Assembly (NCBI GenBank): GCA_030704615.1 | Contig: CM060734.1 | Coordinates: 42,966,001 to 43,030,000, forward strand | Source of the DNA: Takakia lepidozioides | Lineage: Eukaryota > Plantae > Bryophyta | Direction: 5' to 3' | Length of the DNA stretch: 64,000 nt | In this document: piece after piece, positions 12,232 to 24,520 of the stretch | Numbering within the stretch: the first letter of the stretch is position 1 | How the letters are laid out: each line of letters opens with the position of its first letter | The notes under the pieces: model-generated | Told to the model about the DNA's origin: nothing | The model's input: only the letters and a program-made list of their open reading frames with translations | Databases searched by the model: none | Translations under genes and position numbers: made by a program

Positions 12232-15200
12232 CTATGGTGAGGATCCGCTATCACTGTCCGATGCATCCCCGCCCTCATGCAAGGATGGCTGCCTTCCACC
12301 TGCCTCCGAACCTGCACTGCCGCTACCGCTGTTACTCTGAGAAGCCCTCCCCTCAAAAATACCATCCTCACCAGCCGGAACTGTCCACCTGGGTGCGGAA
12401 GTGTCCTCAACATTCCCCTCGCTCTCGGACGCGGATTCTATTACGAACTTCCCTACTCTGCCTTTCACAATTCTATGTTTGGCCTCACGCCTCATTATAA
12501 TTCTCTGCTCATTCCCGTATGTCAATTGCTCTAACCGAGTAGGCCTATCCTCCCTCCTGATGGCTTCTTTGGCAGCCGTGTCTGCATAGGCTGGTAGAAA
12601 AAAGGGCTTCTGGGGACTCGCGAGAAACGATTTTCTGGCAAAGAATGGCCGATGCGATTCTGTCTCCTCCTCTGCAACAGGGTCCGATTCGAGCAAGTCT
12701 CCCAGCTTCTCCTCGTCGGACGACTCTGCAAGGCTGAGTGTACGCACAAACATAGAATGAAGTACATTAGAGAATTCAAACAGGGAATCATCGGCAGGTT
12801 GCATGGTCCCTACAACCGAAACCAATACACTTACTATGGTGCAACTCACTCGAAGACAGGCATTGGGGGAAGCGGCTTCGGGCGCCCCTGCATCGAACGA
12901 ATTTCCCGGACTTCCTCCTCTTCATCTTCCTCCTCTCCTTCCACGTCCTCTTCTGCGTTTTTGGGATCCTCAGTCGGAGGCAGACGCTGAAGGCCCGCCA
13001 AATTGTAATCGTACAAGGCCGTATCCCCCTCAAATGAGAACACAAATCGGTTCGACATCCTTCCCGCCCACATACAGGCACCTGCGAATTCATACGACAC
13101 AACCACAGCCAAACTCAAGAATGAGTCGCTTCCTCGCACAAGCAAACATACAGAAACGGAAATGGTGTCAATTTCGGTGTCGCATTCAATTAACGTTCTC
13201 ACCTGTATTTGCAGTGACGTCAAGGACCCTGCCTTCAACGTTTCCATGAGCGTCTGGATGAATGCAGGACTCCTGGTCCTGCCATACCTCCATGGCTTGC
13301 CCGACAAATCACAAAGAATGTCCTTCTCTCCTCCATCGGCTGCTAGCACAACAACACAGCCAACGTCGTCCAACATGTTGGCTGCGAACCCGAATGTGTG
13401 GCTCCAGTATCTTTCGTCGTACTTGTTCCACCAGGGAACTGAGCCCAGCCCCAGTATCTCCTGCCCATTTGGGATATCCACAAGGATCATGTCGATGGAG
13501 GCTTTCACCGCCCTGCCCCCGACTGTGCTCTTTTTGCCGTGGCTCATCGCCACAAAATACTCCATTATCTTTGTGTAGCCAGGAGTGTCCTCCATATCAT
13601 TGCCAGTGGCCTTCCTCTTCCCCTTCCCCTGGTGGGCCTCGATCGCCTTCCTCAATCTCGTTATCTCCAGCCTTCTGGTCAGAGCAGTTAGGAAATTTTC
13701 ATTAACACACTCTCACAATTGTGGGTGTTTTGAGGACTTCCCTGCCCGCAATGTGCACCGCACGGTAGGGTCTGCCAGGTGCATCCTCGTATAGTGATCT
13801 CTTCGCAGCCGACCCCCGGAGCGCTGGCCCTTGTGAATTTTCGGACGAGGTGTGGCCCCCTGGGTGTTTTCCTGCTGGAAATCGTCGTCGGAATCCTCCT
13901 CATCTGGCTGACTGTGTTGCTGCTTCTTCTTCTTCTTGGGTGTGGGGGTCTTCGTCTCTTGCCCCTGTTTGCGCGTTCTTTTCTTCCTGTCCTTGGGCTG
14001 CTCAGCTGCCTGCTTCTCCATCTGCTCCTTCGCCAACGCTGCCGCCTTGGCTGACTTTCTCAGTGCTTTCTGCTTGGCTGCCTCCTCTGCTTTCAGTCTT
14101 TCCGCGTCCTCTGGTTGGGGATCCGATTGCGCCTTCATAGCCCTGGCATTCGCTTCCTTCTTCAAGTTAACCTCCGAGAGGTCAACGGTCCCACTTGGGA
14201 GATCCACATACCAGGGGCAGTCTACCAAATGCTCGGCATGCCACTCCTTCGCCATTACTTCTGTGTACATCGTTCCACGACCTCCAGGTGTCCTCCACGC
14301 CAGGAAGAATGGTGGAACCCCTTGAATGGCTCCGGACGGAATGAGTGCAAAGTTTATGTACCTGCAATCACGAGGCAGTTCAACAAAAATCATTCTACCG
14401 ATGCATCATGCAAGTGGAAGTTGTCAATGCACAAGGTATTTCGGCACCGAAATACGGAGTGGACCGTGCCCCAATTACCCAGAACTCACATCTTGCAGAG
14501 GTATATTTCGGCGCCGCAATATCCATCGCTGCTTAACCAAATCATCTAAACTGCAAATAGGGGGATGCATTGTCAGCAGATTACCTGAACAGGACACGCA
14601 TTGCCGCTTTGTCGGCACCCTCCTGCTCTTCGATGTATACGCTGCGTCTTGCCTTTGCAATTTCTCTGAAAAAGAGGTTTGCGAAGCGCCCTCGCCACGA
14701 CTGCACGTAGTTCTCCATTGTCTCAGGCTTCGTCCAGTCGATCTGTAACTTGAAAGTGGTGGTGTTGCAGTCCAATTGCTCCTGGGCGTGGGTCAGTACC
14801 TGCATCATGGCAGGTTTCCAAAACATTCATGATTTTGAAATTGCGACGATGTCCAACACAGAATAGGAGAAAATTATACCTGATGCCACCAAGTCATGAC
14901 ATTGAGCCAGTCGTTCATTTTGTCGTCTGTTGGCTCGATGGGAAAGTGGTACAGCAGCTTCGTGTTTGTATGGCCGTTCCAGATTCGCAGCCACCTCGTC
15001 TGCAGCCACCTCACATCGGTCAGACAAGAACTCCAACATAAGAATCGCGAGAAGTCACAAAACAAGAATAAACACATGCTTACCTTCTCCGCCGGCTCAA
15101 CACAGGACACTGCGATGTGATGAAGTTTCTCCATGGACATTTCCGGTTTCATGGGTCTGGAGTAATGCAGTCCTATCTCCGCCAGGAACTCGGCACCAAG

Positions 15201-16806
15201 ACCAGGGTCAGCGATTGCAACTTGCTTAACAAGTTTGGACCTGTACTTGGTCCGGGATTGCTTCCCTGCCTGCACAATATGACTCTCTATCGACGCGTCC
15301 GCCTTGTTGGGGGCATCATTCTCAAAGAACTGCCTTTTGGCATAGGCCAAGTCATCCCTGATGTTCGTCTGCATTCCCATACCCAGCAGATACAGTCAGG
15401 CCACGGATCCCTGCAACAAATAACATTAAATTGATACTGAAATTTGAGATGAACCTCACCGAATAGAGGATCTCCACCATGGCGTCCAGTGTTGGTCGGT
15501 ACCAGGTGCGATCTGCTTTCGCTAGGGACTTCCTGTACAGCTCGGGATCGAGGGACTTTTGGAAGTCCGTCAGCGGAGCTGTCCCCACTTCTTGCACTCT
15601 GTAGAGCGTATGTGCCAGATGAGTTTCCACGAAGGCCCTCTCTGTTACCCTGCCATGGAGAAAAAAAACAACATGAAAATATGATTTCGGCACAGCAATC
15701 CAATTTCCAGTTCATAGAGTGCATGACAGTGGTGAACATTGCCTATTTCGGCGCCGCAATAGGCAGTACACAAGGATGTAATTGTATACTTACAGATTTA
15801 TATCCGCCATGGCACCCTTCAACAGTCCTCTGTCCCTGACGTCCACCTTCACGACAATGCAGTCCACCATGTAATGCCAACTGATATCTTGCGGATGCAT
15901 TTCAGCAATGTACTCTGTCCAGGCAAGCATCCTGTGGTTCCCGTCCCAAACGAAGAACATCTTCCCTTCCATGTGTGCGAATGTGGGATTAGTCTTCAGA
16001 TAGGCTTCAAACTCGGCATTAACAGTGTGCCAGTGGGGGCCCCAATTCTGAAGCTCCTCTGCAGTGGGGCCCCTTGTGACACCCTGGTCATTCTCAATGG
16101 AAACGTAGAATGCTGCCGACCCCCGTCTGTACCCTTCTCTGAAGTTGTGCTTCAGTCGATCGATATCCCCTGGCAGTGCTTGCCTTACAACTGGAAGGCT
16201 TACCATGCGACACAAAGGAACTTTGAGGTTCTCCGGATACACCATGGAGCCCAAAACGCGGCCTATGTTGCTATGAGTCTCTGCCAGCAACCTGTTTGCT
16301 GCTATGTTCATGTCTCGTGCGCTCATGAGCATACCCGCCACCAGTTTCTTACTTGTATCACCTCTGTCACTTCCCTCACCCCTCTCACCAGCCTGTGTAC
16401 TGTCCTGGAGGTTTTGCTCCTCCGCAAGCTCCAGCAGGTTCTGATCGTCGCCAAGTCGTACCACGTTATCGTCCTCTCCTTCTGTCAGTTGAATGGGCCG
16501 CCCTTCTGCAGATCCGACTCCCACATCTCCAGCGGCCTCCACCGCATCTGTGTTTTCTGAAATTGACTGCAAACCCAATATCTCCGCTTCCAGTCTCCCT
16601 AGGGGTTTTACTGGCGAAGCCATGGGCTCCTTCTGCTTTCTCGGCTTCCGAACTCTAGGTGGGCTTTTCGGAGGCGATATCTGAGGTGTTGAATGAGGAC
16701 TCGTCTGCCTCGATGCACTTCCACCTTGTGAGCGCAGCACCCGGGCAGGAGTATCCAAAGTTGACTGTGTTGCCTCGCCCCCCTGCGATCCCTCCCCAGC
16801 TCCCAT
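12232..16806 (-). pseudogene. 8-exon cargo gene: ParB/Srx-like domain + central region + beta-class amino-methyltransferase-like domain + acidic tail (~1238 aa when repaired)
   Basis: Phase-consistent GT-AG exons: 16806-15794, 15649-15460, 15368-15084, 14999-14880, 14799-14585, 14361-13203, 13081-12850, 12733-12232. Motifs VWDGNHRMLAW, IDMILVDIPNG and RVLDVTANTGACMWAGRMSNRFVFSFEGD. In-frame TGA at 13713-13715 and a 1-nt deletion near 13307. Confidence 0.8.
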
Positions 16807-17309
16807 GTCAAACAAACAGGAAAACATGAGACACTGCACGCCAAAAAAAAGGTGTAAAAGGAATATTGCGTATGGAGTGCTTCACATCCGCGAAGCACGA
16901 ATCTCTCACTGGTGGGCGATCCGAGTCTCCGGATAACGAGGTCTGCATTTCATGCATGAGACGGAGCTTAAGTCGTGTCGTCGGCGGCTTCCCAAAATCC
17001 CGCGTCCTCCTCTTTGCCGGAGTCGCCTGACCTTCCACAAACTCTATGCTACCACTATGCCGCATAAGGAGAGGAAACGCAGGAGAACGTCACTGCAGAA
17101 GGGCAAGGAGCGAGAGAGCGAAGCGGTGGAACATGCAACCACTATGCACGAGCAGATGCGTAAGCAGCCACGTCTCCCGAAGCGTTGCCACCGTCCACAC
17201 TTTTTGCCGTATGGGTGATGAAGAGATTGTGACCCCTGACACGTTCGCACGGATGAAGTCGACTGGAACACGACGCGTGCCAGTTCCAGCCACCAGTACA
17301 AGACGGTTT

Positions 17310-19130
17310 ATCCGAATTGCGGCACCGAAATACCTTCCGTTCACCGGATGCTGTTCCCGGAGCAGCCGGCATTGAATGAAATATCCGCACATCATGAAAC
17401 CCAACCGCCATGAAAATCCCCTGCCTATGACATTCAACAGTCAGGTCGGTACGTTTCAACAGCGGACGGATGAATTTCGGCGCCGAAATTCATCCTATTC
17501 AAGTGCTTTCATACACAAACTTACGAATTTCGGCGCCGCAATTCATCGCTTCCGAAGTCCTCATCCGTCATGAGCAAACCTGTCAGTGGGATATCGGAGC
17601 CGGAATTAATTCCGGGACAGTGAAAACGGTTGCACTTGGGCACATTTCATCCATATTTCGGCGCCGAAATTCATTACGAATATCTCCGTCCGCGCGTAGA
17701 CGAGGTGAAATCATCATTATTTCGGCGCCGAAATTCATCCAGAGCGAAGACTAAATTGGCACCATGCTACGCTTTGCCGCCATCATTGCCCCTGACGGAT
17801 GCTGTCCATGCCTGTTGGACTTGCCATTTGTGGACATTTAACTATAATTTCGGCGCCGAAATTATACTTTATGTGCGGCAACGTCCCGTGCGAAAAAGAC
17901 CACTTAATGGATACTGTCGGTTTCAAATGAAAAAAAACGGCTAAAATGCAATTAATTTTGACAGAAGTGGTTTAATATGCCGATTTCTCCATTAAATGCA
18001 GAATATTCCTGTTATATTCGTCGGAACGGGGTATTTCCAACGATTTACGGAAAATTATCATCCAAAAGCAAAAAGTAAGTGCCGGGTTTGGACGAATTTC
18101 GGCGCCGAAATTCATCCGTCGCATAGAAAATGTAATATTAGAGTTACTCATTGCGGACAGTAAGGATGAATTTCGGCGCCGAAATTGATCCATTTCAAAG
18201 AAAAATAAATATTGGAGGGAGGGCATTGGATGAATTTCGGCGCCGAAATCCGGCGCTCAAACCCTGAAAAGAATTTGGAGGGATGAAGTCGGCTGAATTT
18301 CGGCGCCGAAATTCATTGCTCGCGAAGAAAAAAAAAAATTTCGGGAGGACTTCGGATGAATTTCGGCGCCGAAATTCATTGCTCGCGAAGGAAAATAAAA
18401 AAATTCGGGAGGACTTCGGATGAATTTCGGCGCCGAAATTCATTGCTCGCGAAGGAAAATAAAAAATTTCGGGAGGACTTGGAATGAATTTCGGCGCCGA
18501 AATTCAATGCTCGCGAAGAAAAAAAAAAATCGGGAGGATTTCGGTTGAATTTCGGCGCCGAAATTCATTGCTCGCGAAGAAAAAGGAAAATTAAAAGGGA
18601 GTACTTGGATGAGATTCGGCGCCAAAGTTCATCTGTCGCAAAGAAAAATAAAAACAGAAAGGACTTCCGATGAATTCTGGCACCGAAATCCATCCGCAGG
18701 GCAGCAGAATTAGGGTCGGAAAAGGAGATGAAGAATGAATTTCGGCGCCGAAATACATCCATTCTGCCGATTCAGGATTACTGTCATTCGGAAGTCGGCA
18801 CCGATATCCGGACACGTGGTCAATCACGACTGTAATCAGGAACACATTCATCCGTATTTTGGCATCTAAATTCAACCCATATGTGCAGATACAATTTAAT
18901 GAAGAAGAAGTTCATCCGAATTTCGGCACCGAAATCCATCCGTTGGGTGCTTGGTCAGTTTAATGAGGTAAACAAATTACGATTTCTGTTGCCAGAATTC
19001 ATCCCTTGGCTTCCAAAGCTGTTACATGACAGAGATGTTCATCCAGATTTCGGTGCCGAAATTCATGGGAAGGCCTGATTTATTGTACCCCAAGTGGTTG
19101 TACATTACAATTCAGGCACCAAATATCCGA
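17310..19130. repeat. Array of ATGAATTTCGGCGCCGAAATTCAT palindromes in the divergent intergenic region
   Basis: About 20 perfect or near-perfect copies. A ~62-bp tandem block at 18290-18600; elsewhere the spacers are unique. Confidence 0.92.
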
Positions 19131-19314
19131 TGTGAACTTGCTGTTTTCGTCCGTTTTTTTAACGTACGTTACACACCTTCATCTTTACGTGCACTGATCA
19201 CCCATCCTGTTGGATACGGAATCCTCCAGAAAATCATTTGTGTTATTAGGTAGGACACACTCTTCTCATTGCAGGACTTCGCTGCGGAGCGTACCGAGAG
19301 GTCCCGTCTTCAAA

Positions 19315-22300
19315 ATGGACTCCCGTGTTTGGGTCAACGTGTACTTCCATCCTGATTCTCTGAAAGCTAAAATACCCTGCGACCAAGGATTTGCGATTGT
19401 CACTGAGCAGTACTTGTGTGTGAAGTTCGGGCTCCGCCCTGGAACGGTGTTTTTGGAAGAGGAGACGAAGGATGCTTATGGAAATTTTCTGGAAAGTGCC
19501 GTCATTCTGCATGCAGATTTCGGAAAAGGCAAAGAGTGGCGGCTCCCAGCTTCTGAATCCATCCGGTACAGTGCCATTGGTGAAATCGTGCCTAAAGAGT
19601 TCCCACGCTGGAACTTGGTTGATCCTCCTTCCACAAGAGGGTCTGGCGTGCAAGATGTGAAGGATGTGGGCACCTCTTCACAAGCAGAGAAGCCCAAACA
19701 TGTGAAAAGGGAAATCCAGGAAAACAGGGAAACAGTCGTCCACGACTTATCCAGTGACGATGAAGACTGTATGGTCCTTCCATCGTATGTTTCGAAGTCG
19801 TCCGTCACTAGGAGTGTTCAGCATACACCGTCCGACTCAACTTCCGTCCGCTCAGTAATCGACATATTGCGGAGGATGAAGACAACGGGTTCCCGCTCCA
19901 GTGACCTTCTTAGGCTTGATTACGACAAAACTCCAATCCATTCTGTGGAAACTTTGCCTGATGTTGTGGATGGGAATGCTATCTACGAGTTCCCTCCAGT
20001 GCCGGCAGGCGCAGGCCCAGACGGCATGCTCGCAGGAATGAACAGGAAACATGACGGCCACCCTTGGTGTGTCACCAAAACTTCATCGTCCAACCTGGGT
20101 GATGGAGTTCGAGTGAGATATGTATTGTGTGCTGGGCATCTTAAATGTTTCTCGAGCACATGTTACCATTACACTAGCAAAGGCACCAGGAATGAGACTG
20201 ACTGGATTGGCAATTCGTCGACCCCATTTTGGCCTCAAGGTAGAGTTCCTGCAGGGACGTTCAAGTGTGCCCATTGCAACGCAGCCCCTACGTGCATGGC
20301 AGTGTGCAACGCCAAGCAGTACTACGTCGGGACCGTCGGCCCAGCGTGCACCAGAGCATGCATTCACATCGGAAAGCATGAGCACCCCCTCGCCAGAGGC
20401 AATTGCAGAGTCGCTTTTCAACAAGCCCAGGATATTATCAAGGAGGAGGTGAGGTTGAGGCCGGGTGCAAAACCAAAGCAGATACAGCTCGCATCGGCAC
20501 ATAGGATTGCAATTGGCAGAATAATGTCGGAGGACGGAAGCACAAGAGAGAAGCTGGGCGAGGGGGACATGAAGGACCTGCTGGAAGCTGTCTCCCATGT
20601 GTGCAGCCCCAATGTCAGGAACCACATTGTCAGCTGCAAGAAACGAATCGGAAGAGGATCAGACATGCACTCCATCTTGGAAGTGAAGCGCACATGCGGC
20701 TACGACTTCATCCAAGGCAGCTTCTTTCCTGGTCAAGGCTCGGAGACGGACAGGTGCTTCATATTTAAGATGTCAACGTGCGGACCGGGGAGCGGCGTCG
20801 ATTTGGTGAAGCGGATGACCAGTGGAGACCTCTCAAATTGTTGGGTCATGTTCGACCACATCCGGCGAATTACCAACCACGATTGGGTGACAATGGGGGC
20901 ACATGTATACGACCCACATTGCAGAAAGTTGATGACCATTGCTATCTGCGAAATGAAGGGAGAAGACACAGATTCGGAGTTGCATATGTGGCGCGGAATT
21001 AATGAGCAAATGGCGAGAGCCAAGTTGCCCCCTCCCGATTTTAGGGGCTTCATGGCTGACAATGCCCAGGCAAACTGGGCTGCAGTTAGGAGGGTATATG
21101 GGGACGACCCAAAGACTCCAATGGAAGGAAAGGAGAGATCTTGCGGGTTCCACTTCATGCAGAGTTTGACGCAAAACACGAAAAGGTTCGTGGCGTCACG
21201 CCACCGGCAGGATCATATCAGTATGTGCCTAGCGTGGAAAAATGCGAATTCCATCGACGAGGCGGAGACCGAGTTTGCAACCATACGCGCCTGGTGGGTG
21301 TCTTCAGGGGCAGTGGATGTGAAAGATCAGCCAGAACTGCAAACGTGGCTTGCGTGGTGGCATTATAGATTCCGCCAGTTTGGAGACTACATGAGACAGG
21401 TAACACATTTCTGTACTTGACAATTGTTCTGTTTTGTGCTTGGACATTCTCCACAATCAGTGACATATCTAATTTCCTTCAACAGGACATGAGCTTGGAG
21501 GATGACACGGATATGCCGACGACGAACATGGCCGAATCGGTGCACTCTTCCTGGCGTGCTTCCTCTGCAGCACATCTCGTTGACATGTTGACAGCAACAA
21601 CAGAAGATATTGTGAGGGCCATCATGCAACAATCTCATTACTACCAGTTTCTGGGAGGAAAGCAATGGGGTATCGGACCAGACAGGCAGGAGATGCTGAT
21701 GAGGGCGGCGCATCGTTCGACCGATCCCAAAAAATGGACTGCTGCATTGCGGGAAACAATAAGGTCAACGCCGTTACACAGTCGGGGGAACTGCCTGGAG
21801 GGCGATGTCCGCAGCCGGCCGGTGAAGAGAAGAATTGAGGACATGCCCGGAGGGGATGGGGATTCATGGAGATCAGATATGAACATCCGCACTCAACCTC
21901 GGGGCGCAACGATGTTGCGTCCCACGCCTCCACGAAGCAGGACTCGTACCCCCTCTCCTGCAGCATCCATGGAATCGCTGCCAGACTCGGGACAACATGC
22001 CGAGGATGGGCATGTTGCTCCTGTTTTCGTTACCCAATACAACATTCCAATCGTGGAGCGAGATGTGTCGGCCTCGCAGTGGAGAATTGCACGGACCCGT
22101 CCGACATTTCGTGGCAAATGTTGTGCTGTTCGTGTCGACACCAACCAGAGATGCAATGAGATGATTCGGAGGAGCCCGCAGGGCGGTGTGCCTGCCCCTT
22201 GCTTCACAGGGAGATTTGTGTGCGCAAAGTTTGTGGAGGCCACACTGAAGGAGTTTTGGTTCTGCAGGCACGACATCATGTCGTGTGTGTTCGGCAAGCC

Positions 22301-22913
22301 CAAGTATGGTGTACAAGGCATGCCTGAACCACCGGCAGTCTGGCCTGTGGCAAGTGGTACAGATCTTACCCTGGAGGAGGCAGACGCTCTAGGAAGTGCA
22401 GGGTTTCGACTGGTGGAGAGGACAGACGTTCCACGAAATCCAATTCCCAATCGTCATCCTCCTCCCACGAGAAGCTCTTCGCCCCGCATACCGGTGGGTG
22501 ACCCCGCAGCTTGGCCCACCCATCGGTGGGGTAAACTGAAAAGACGGCGGCCACCAACAAAGGCGAACGACACCAGGATGGCCAACGCTCTTGCAATGCC
22601 CTGCATAGTGCAAGGTTGCAGGGATGTTCCTCACCCCGGGATGGGGCGCATATTTCAGTTGTCAACAGCCGGGTCTGCTGCGCGCAGTGTCGTGTATGCA
22701 ATCACGGTTTCACAGTACCCAGCTTGCAACTGTGAGGACTTCCTTGTTATGGAATCGAAGAATGCAGCATACGTCCCCTGCAAACACCTTTATTACATTT
22801 TTATGAAGCGCATGAGTTGCATATCCGCAGTGGACGTCTTCATCCATGCTCCAACACTGAGTTTCAACGAGCTGCACAAGGCCCTACGGCAGGATACTGG
22901 TCGGACTGCTTGA
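19315..22913 (+). CDS. Mutator-family (MURA-like) DDE transposase with N-terminal GCM/WRKY-like Zn domain and C-terminal SWIM finger, ~1170 aa, 2 exons
   Basis: Exons 19315-21399 and 21486-22913, joined by an 86-bp GT-AG intron, no stops. D (WVMFDH), D (FMADNA), CxxH (CGFH), E (TTNMAES). SWIM: CNC...CKH. Confidence 0.93.
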
Positions 22914-23369
22914 CATTCCACATTCGGGAAGGAGAAAGTGGCAATTATATTACATTCATCTTCTTGCACCCTATTTTTTTGTGAGGAATTATACACTTGG
23001 TGGTGCCGCATCGCCATGGCTACATGTGAATTTCGTCCACCTTTATGAGAAGACTCCAATTTGCTACAAATACATTGTTACTGTTCTGCAAATGTGATGC
23101 CTTTACAAGATTGCTAGTTCTGTGTCCCAGTGGGAAGGGTCCTACTGCACATTCCAGCATTTGCATACTGCACCTTGTGCAAACAGCAATCCATACGACA
23201 AAGGACACGTCCCAGCATACTGGCAGTGAATTGCAAAAAACCTTAACAGAAGATTATCGAAGCATGTATATTCCCCATATGGCACAGGGAAGCTGCTTGA
23301 TTTCTGAATGAAAATGTATGTGCCATGAGTGTCAGCGAGTTGAAACATGTCTACTCTAGCATGCAAGAC

Positions 23370-23921
23370 CTATGGTCCCCTCGCCCAAGAAGAAGGAACT
23401 CGAACTGGCCTCTCAAGGACCTCCTCAGTGACCGGGTGCCTATATTTGAACAAAATGTCAGTGGTTTCTGTCGCCCGGTTGAAACTAACGAGGATGTCGT
23501 GTTTATCGATAGCGCCCCCTTGGTAGAAGGACATTTTCACAGTGGGCCCTGTGTTCCCCTCCTCCTCATCCTCATAACTGAAGAGAATGTCCCCACTTTC
23601 CGAGCCAGTCCGTCCACGCGTAAAGTTTTCACCTATGCACTCATCATACGTCCACTCGCAACAATTCCAGCGATACAGCAACGCTGTGCGTGATCTGTTC
23701 GGCTCCCACACATGCGGAAAGTCCAGGTCCATGATGCGTAGGAACCACCTGCTCCCCAGCCGGGGTCCAGGAGAATCGTGCAATCCTGCAAGAAACTCCA
23801 TTGCTCTCAGCTGGACAAGTCGAGGATCGTCCCTGTAAACATCCAGGAAGACAATGATGTCGTCTGCTTTCGGGAAAATGACTCCCGTCTGGCGTCGATA
23901 GATGTGATTCGGGCACGACAT
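23370..23921 (-). CDS. Small MULE accessory ORF (~183 aa), function unknown
   Basis: Uninterrupted ORF with globular-protein-like composition, convergent with the transposase and preceded by its own palindrome tandem array. Confidence 0.5.
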   Translation of the reverse strand: MSCPNHIYRRQTGVIFPKADDIIVFLDVYRDDPRLVQLRAMEFLAGLHDSPGPRLGSRWFLRIMDLDFPHVWEPNRSRTALLYRWNCCEWTYDECIGENFTRGRTGSESGDILFSYEDEEEGNTGPTVKMSFYQGGAIDKHDILVSFNRATETTDILFKYRHPVTEEVLERPVRVPSSWARGP

Positions 23922-24039
23922 GGCCTCACGACACAGCACGAACTCAAAGCAGGGAGGAGATGGGCACAACAGAGAAGAGTGAAGAGCAAAATGAGAGCAA
24001 GGCCTCCCTCACCGTAAGGCGGGTATTTGCTCTCCGACG

Positions 24040-24520
24040 CCCAATTTCGGCGCCGTTATTACATGGAGTGCGGAAGCTTCAGCCGAGAATTTTGTTTCCG
24101 CAGGTCAATTTCGGCGCCGTTATTGGTTGCAATCCCCAGCCTTCAGCCGGGTATTTGGTTTCCGGACCCAATTTCGGCGCCGTTATCGGCTGCACTCCGG
24201 TGGCTTCAGCCGAGTATTTGGTTTCCGGGGCCCATTTCGGCGCCGTTATCGCCTGCACTCCGGAGGATGCAGCCGGGTATTTGGTTGGCAGAGCCCAATT
24301 ACTTTCACCGTTGTTGGCTTCACTCCCGAGCCTTCAGCCCGCTATTTCTTTTCCTGTGCCCAATTACGGCGTCGTTATACCCAACCATCCTGCACTTCTG
24401 CAATAGTACTATCCACGGTTATAGGTCGCCATTGCGTTTTCGGAGTCTGCAAACCCGGATCCTAATTCCGCTTGCGTCTCTGCCTCTGGGATAATTTCGG
24501 TGCCGTTATTGCCCAGAATT
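24040..24520. repeat. ~60-bp tandem repeat carrying AATTTCGGCGCCGTTAT
   Basis: Units start near 24042, 24106, 24170, 24233, with degenerate copies to ~24510. Confidence 0.85.

Noticed and set aside
13675-13716. 42-bp in-frame GT-AG intron that would remove the cargo gene's TGA
   Set aside because: Much shorter than the gene's other introns (80-223 bp). A TGG-to-TGA nonsense change is simpler, though the intron is not fully excluded.
12232-16806. Bacterial or phage contamination as the source of ParB/MTase motifs
   Set aside because: The gene has seven spliceosomal introns and sits inside a TSD-flanked MULE nested in a plant-type retrotransposon.
17460-18760. CRISPR-like array of palindromic repeats with spacers
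   Set aside because: No cas genes, eukaryotic TE context, irregular spacing, and the regularly spaced part has near-identical spacers (tandem repeat).
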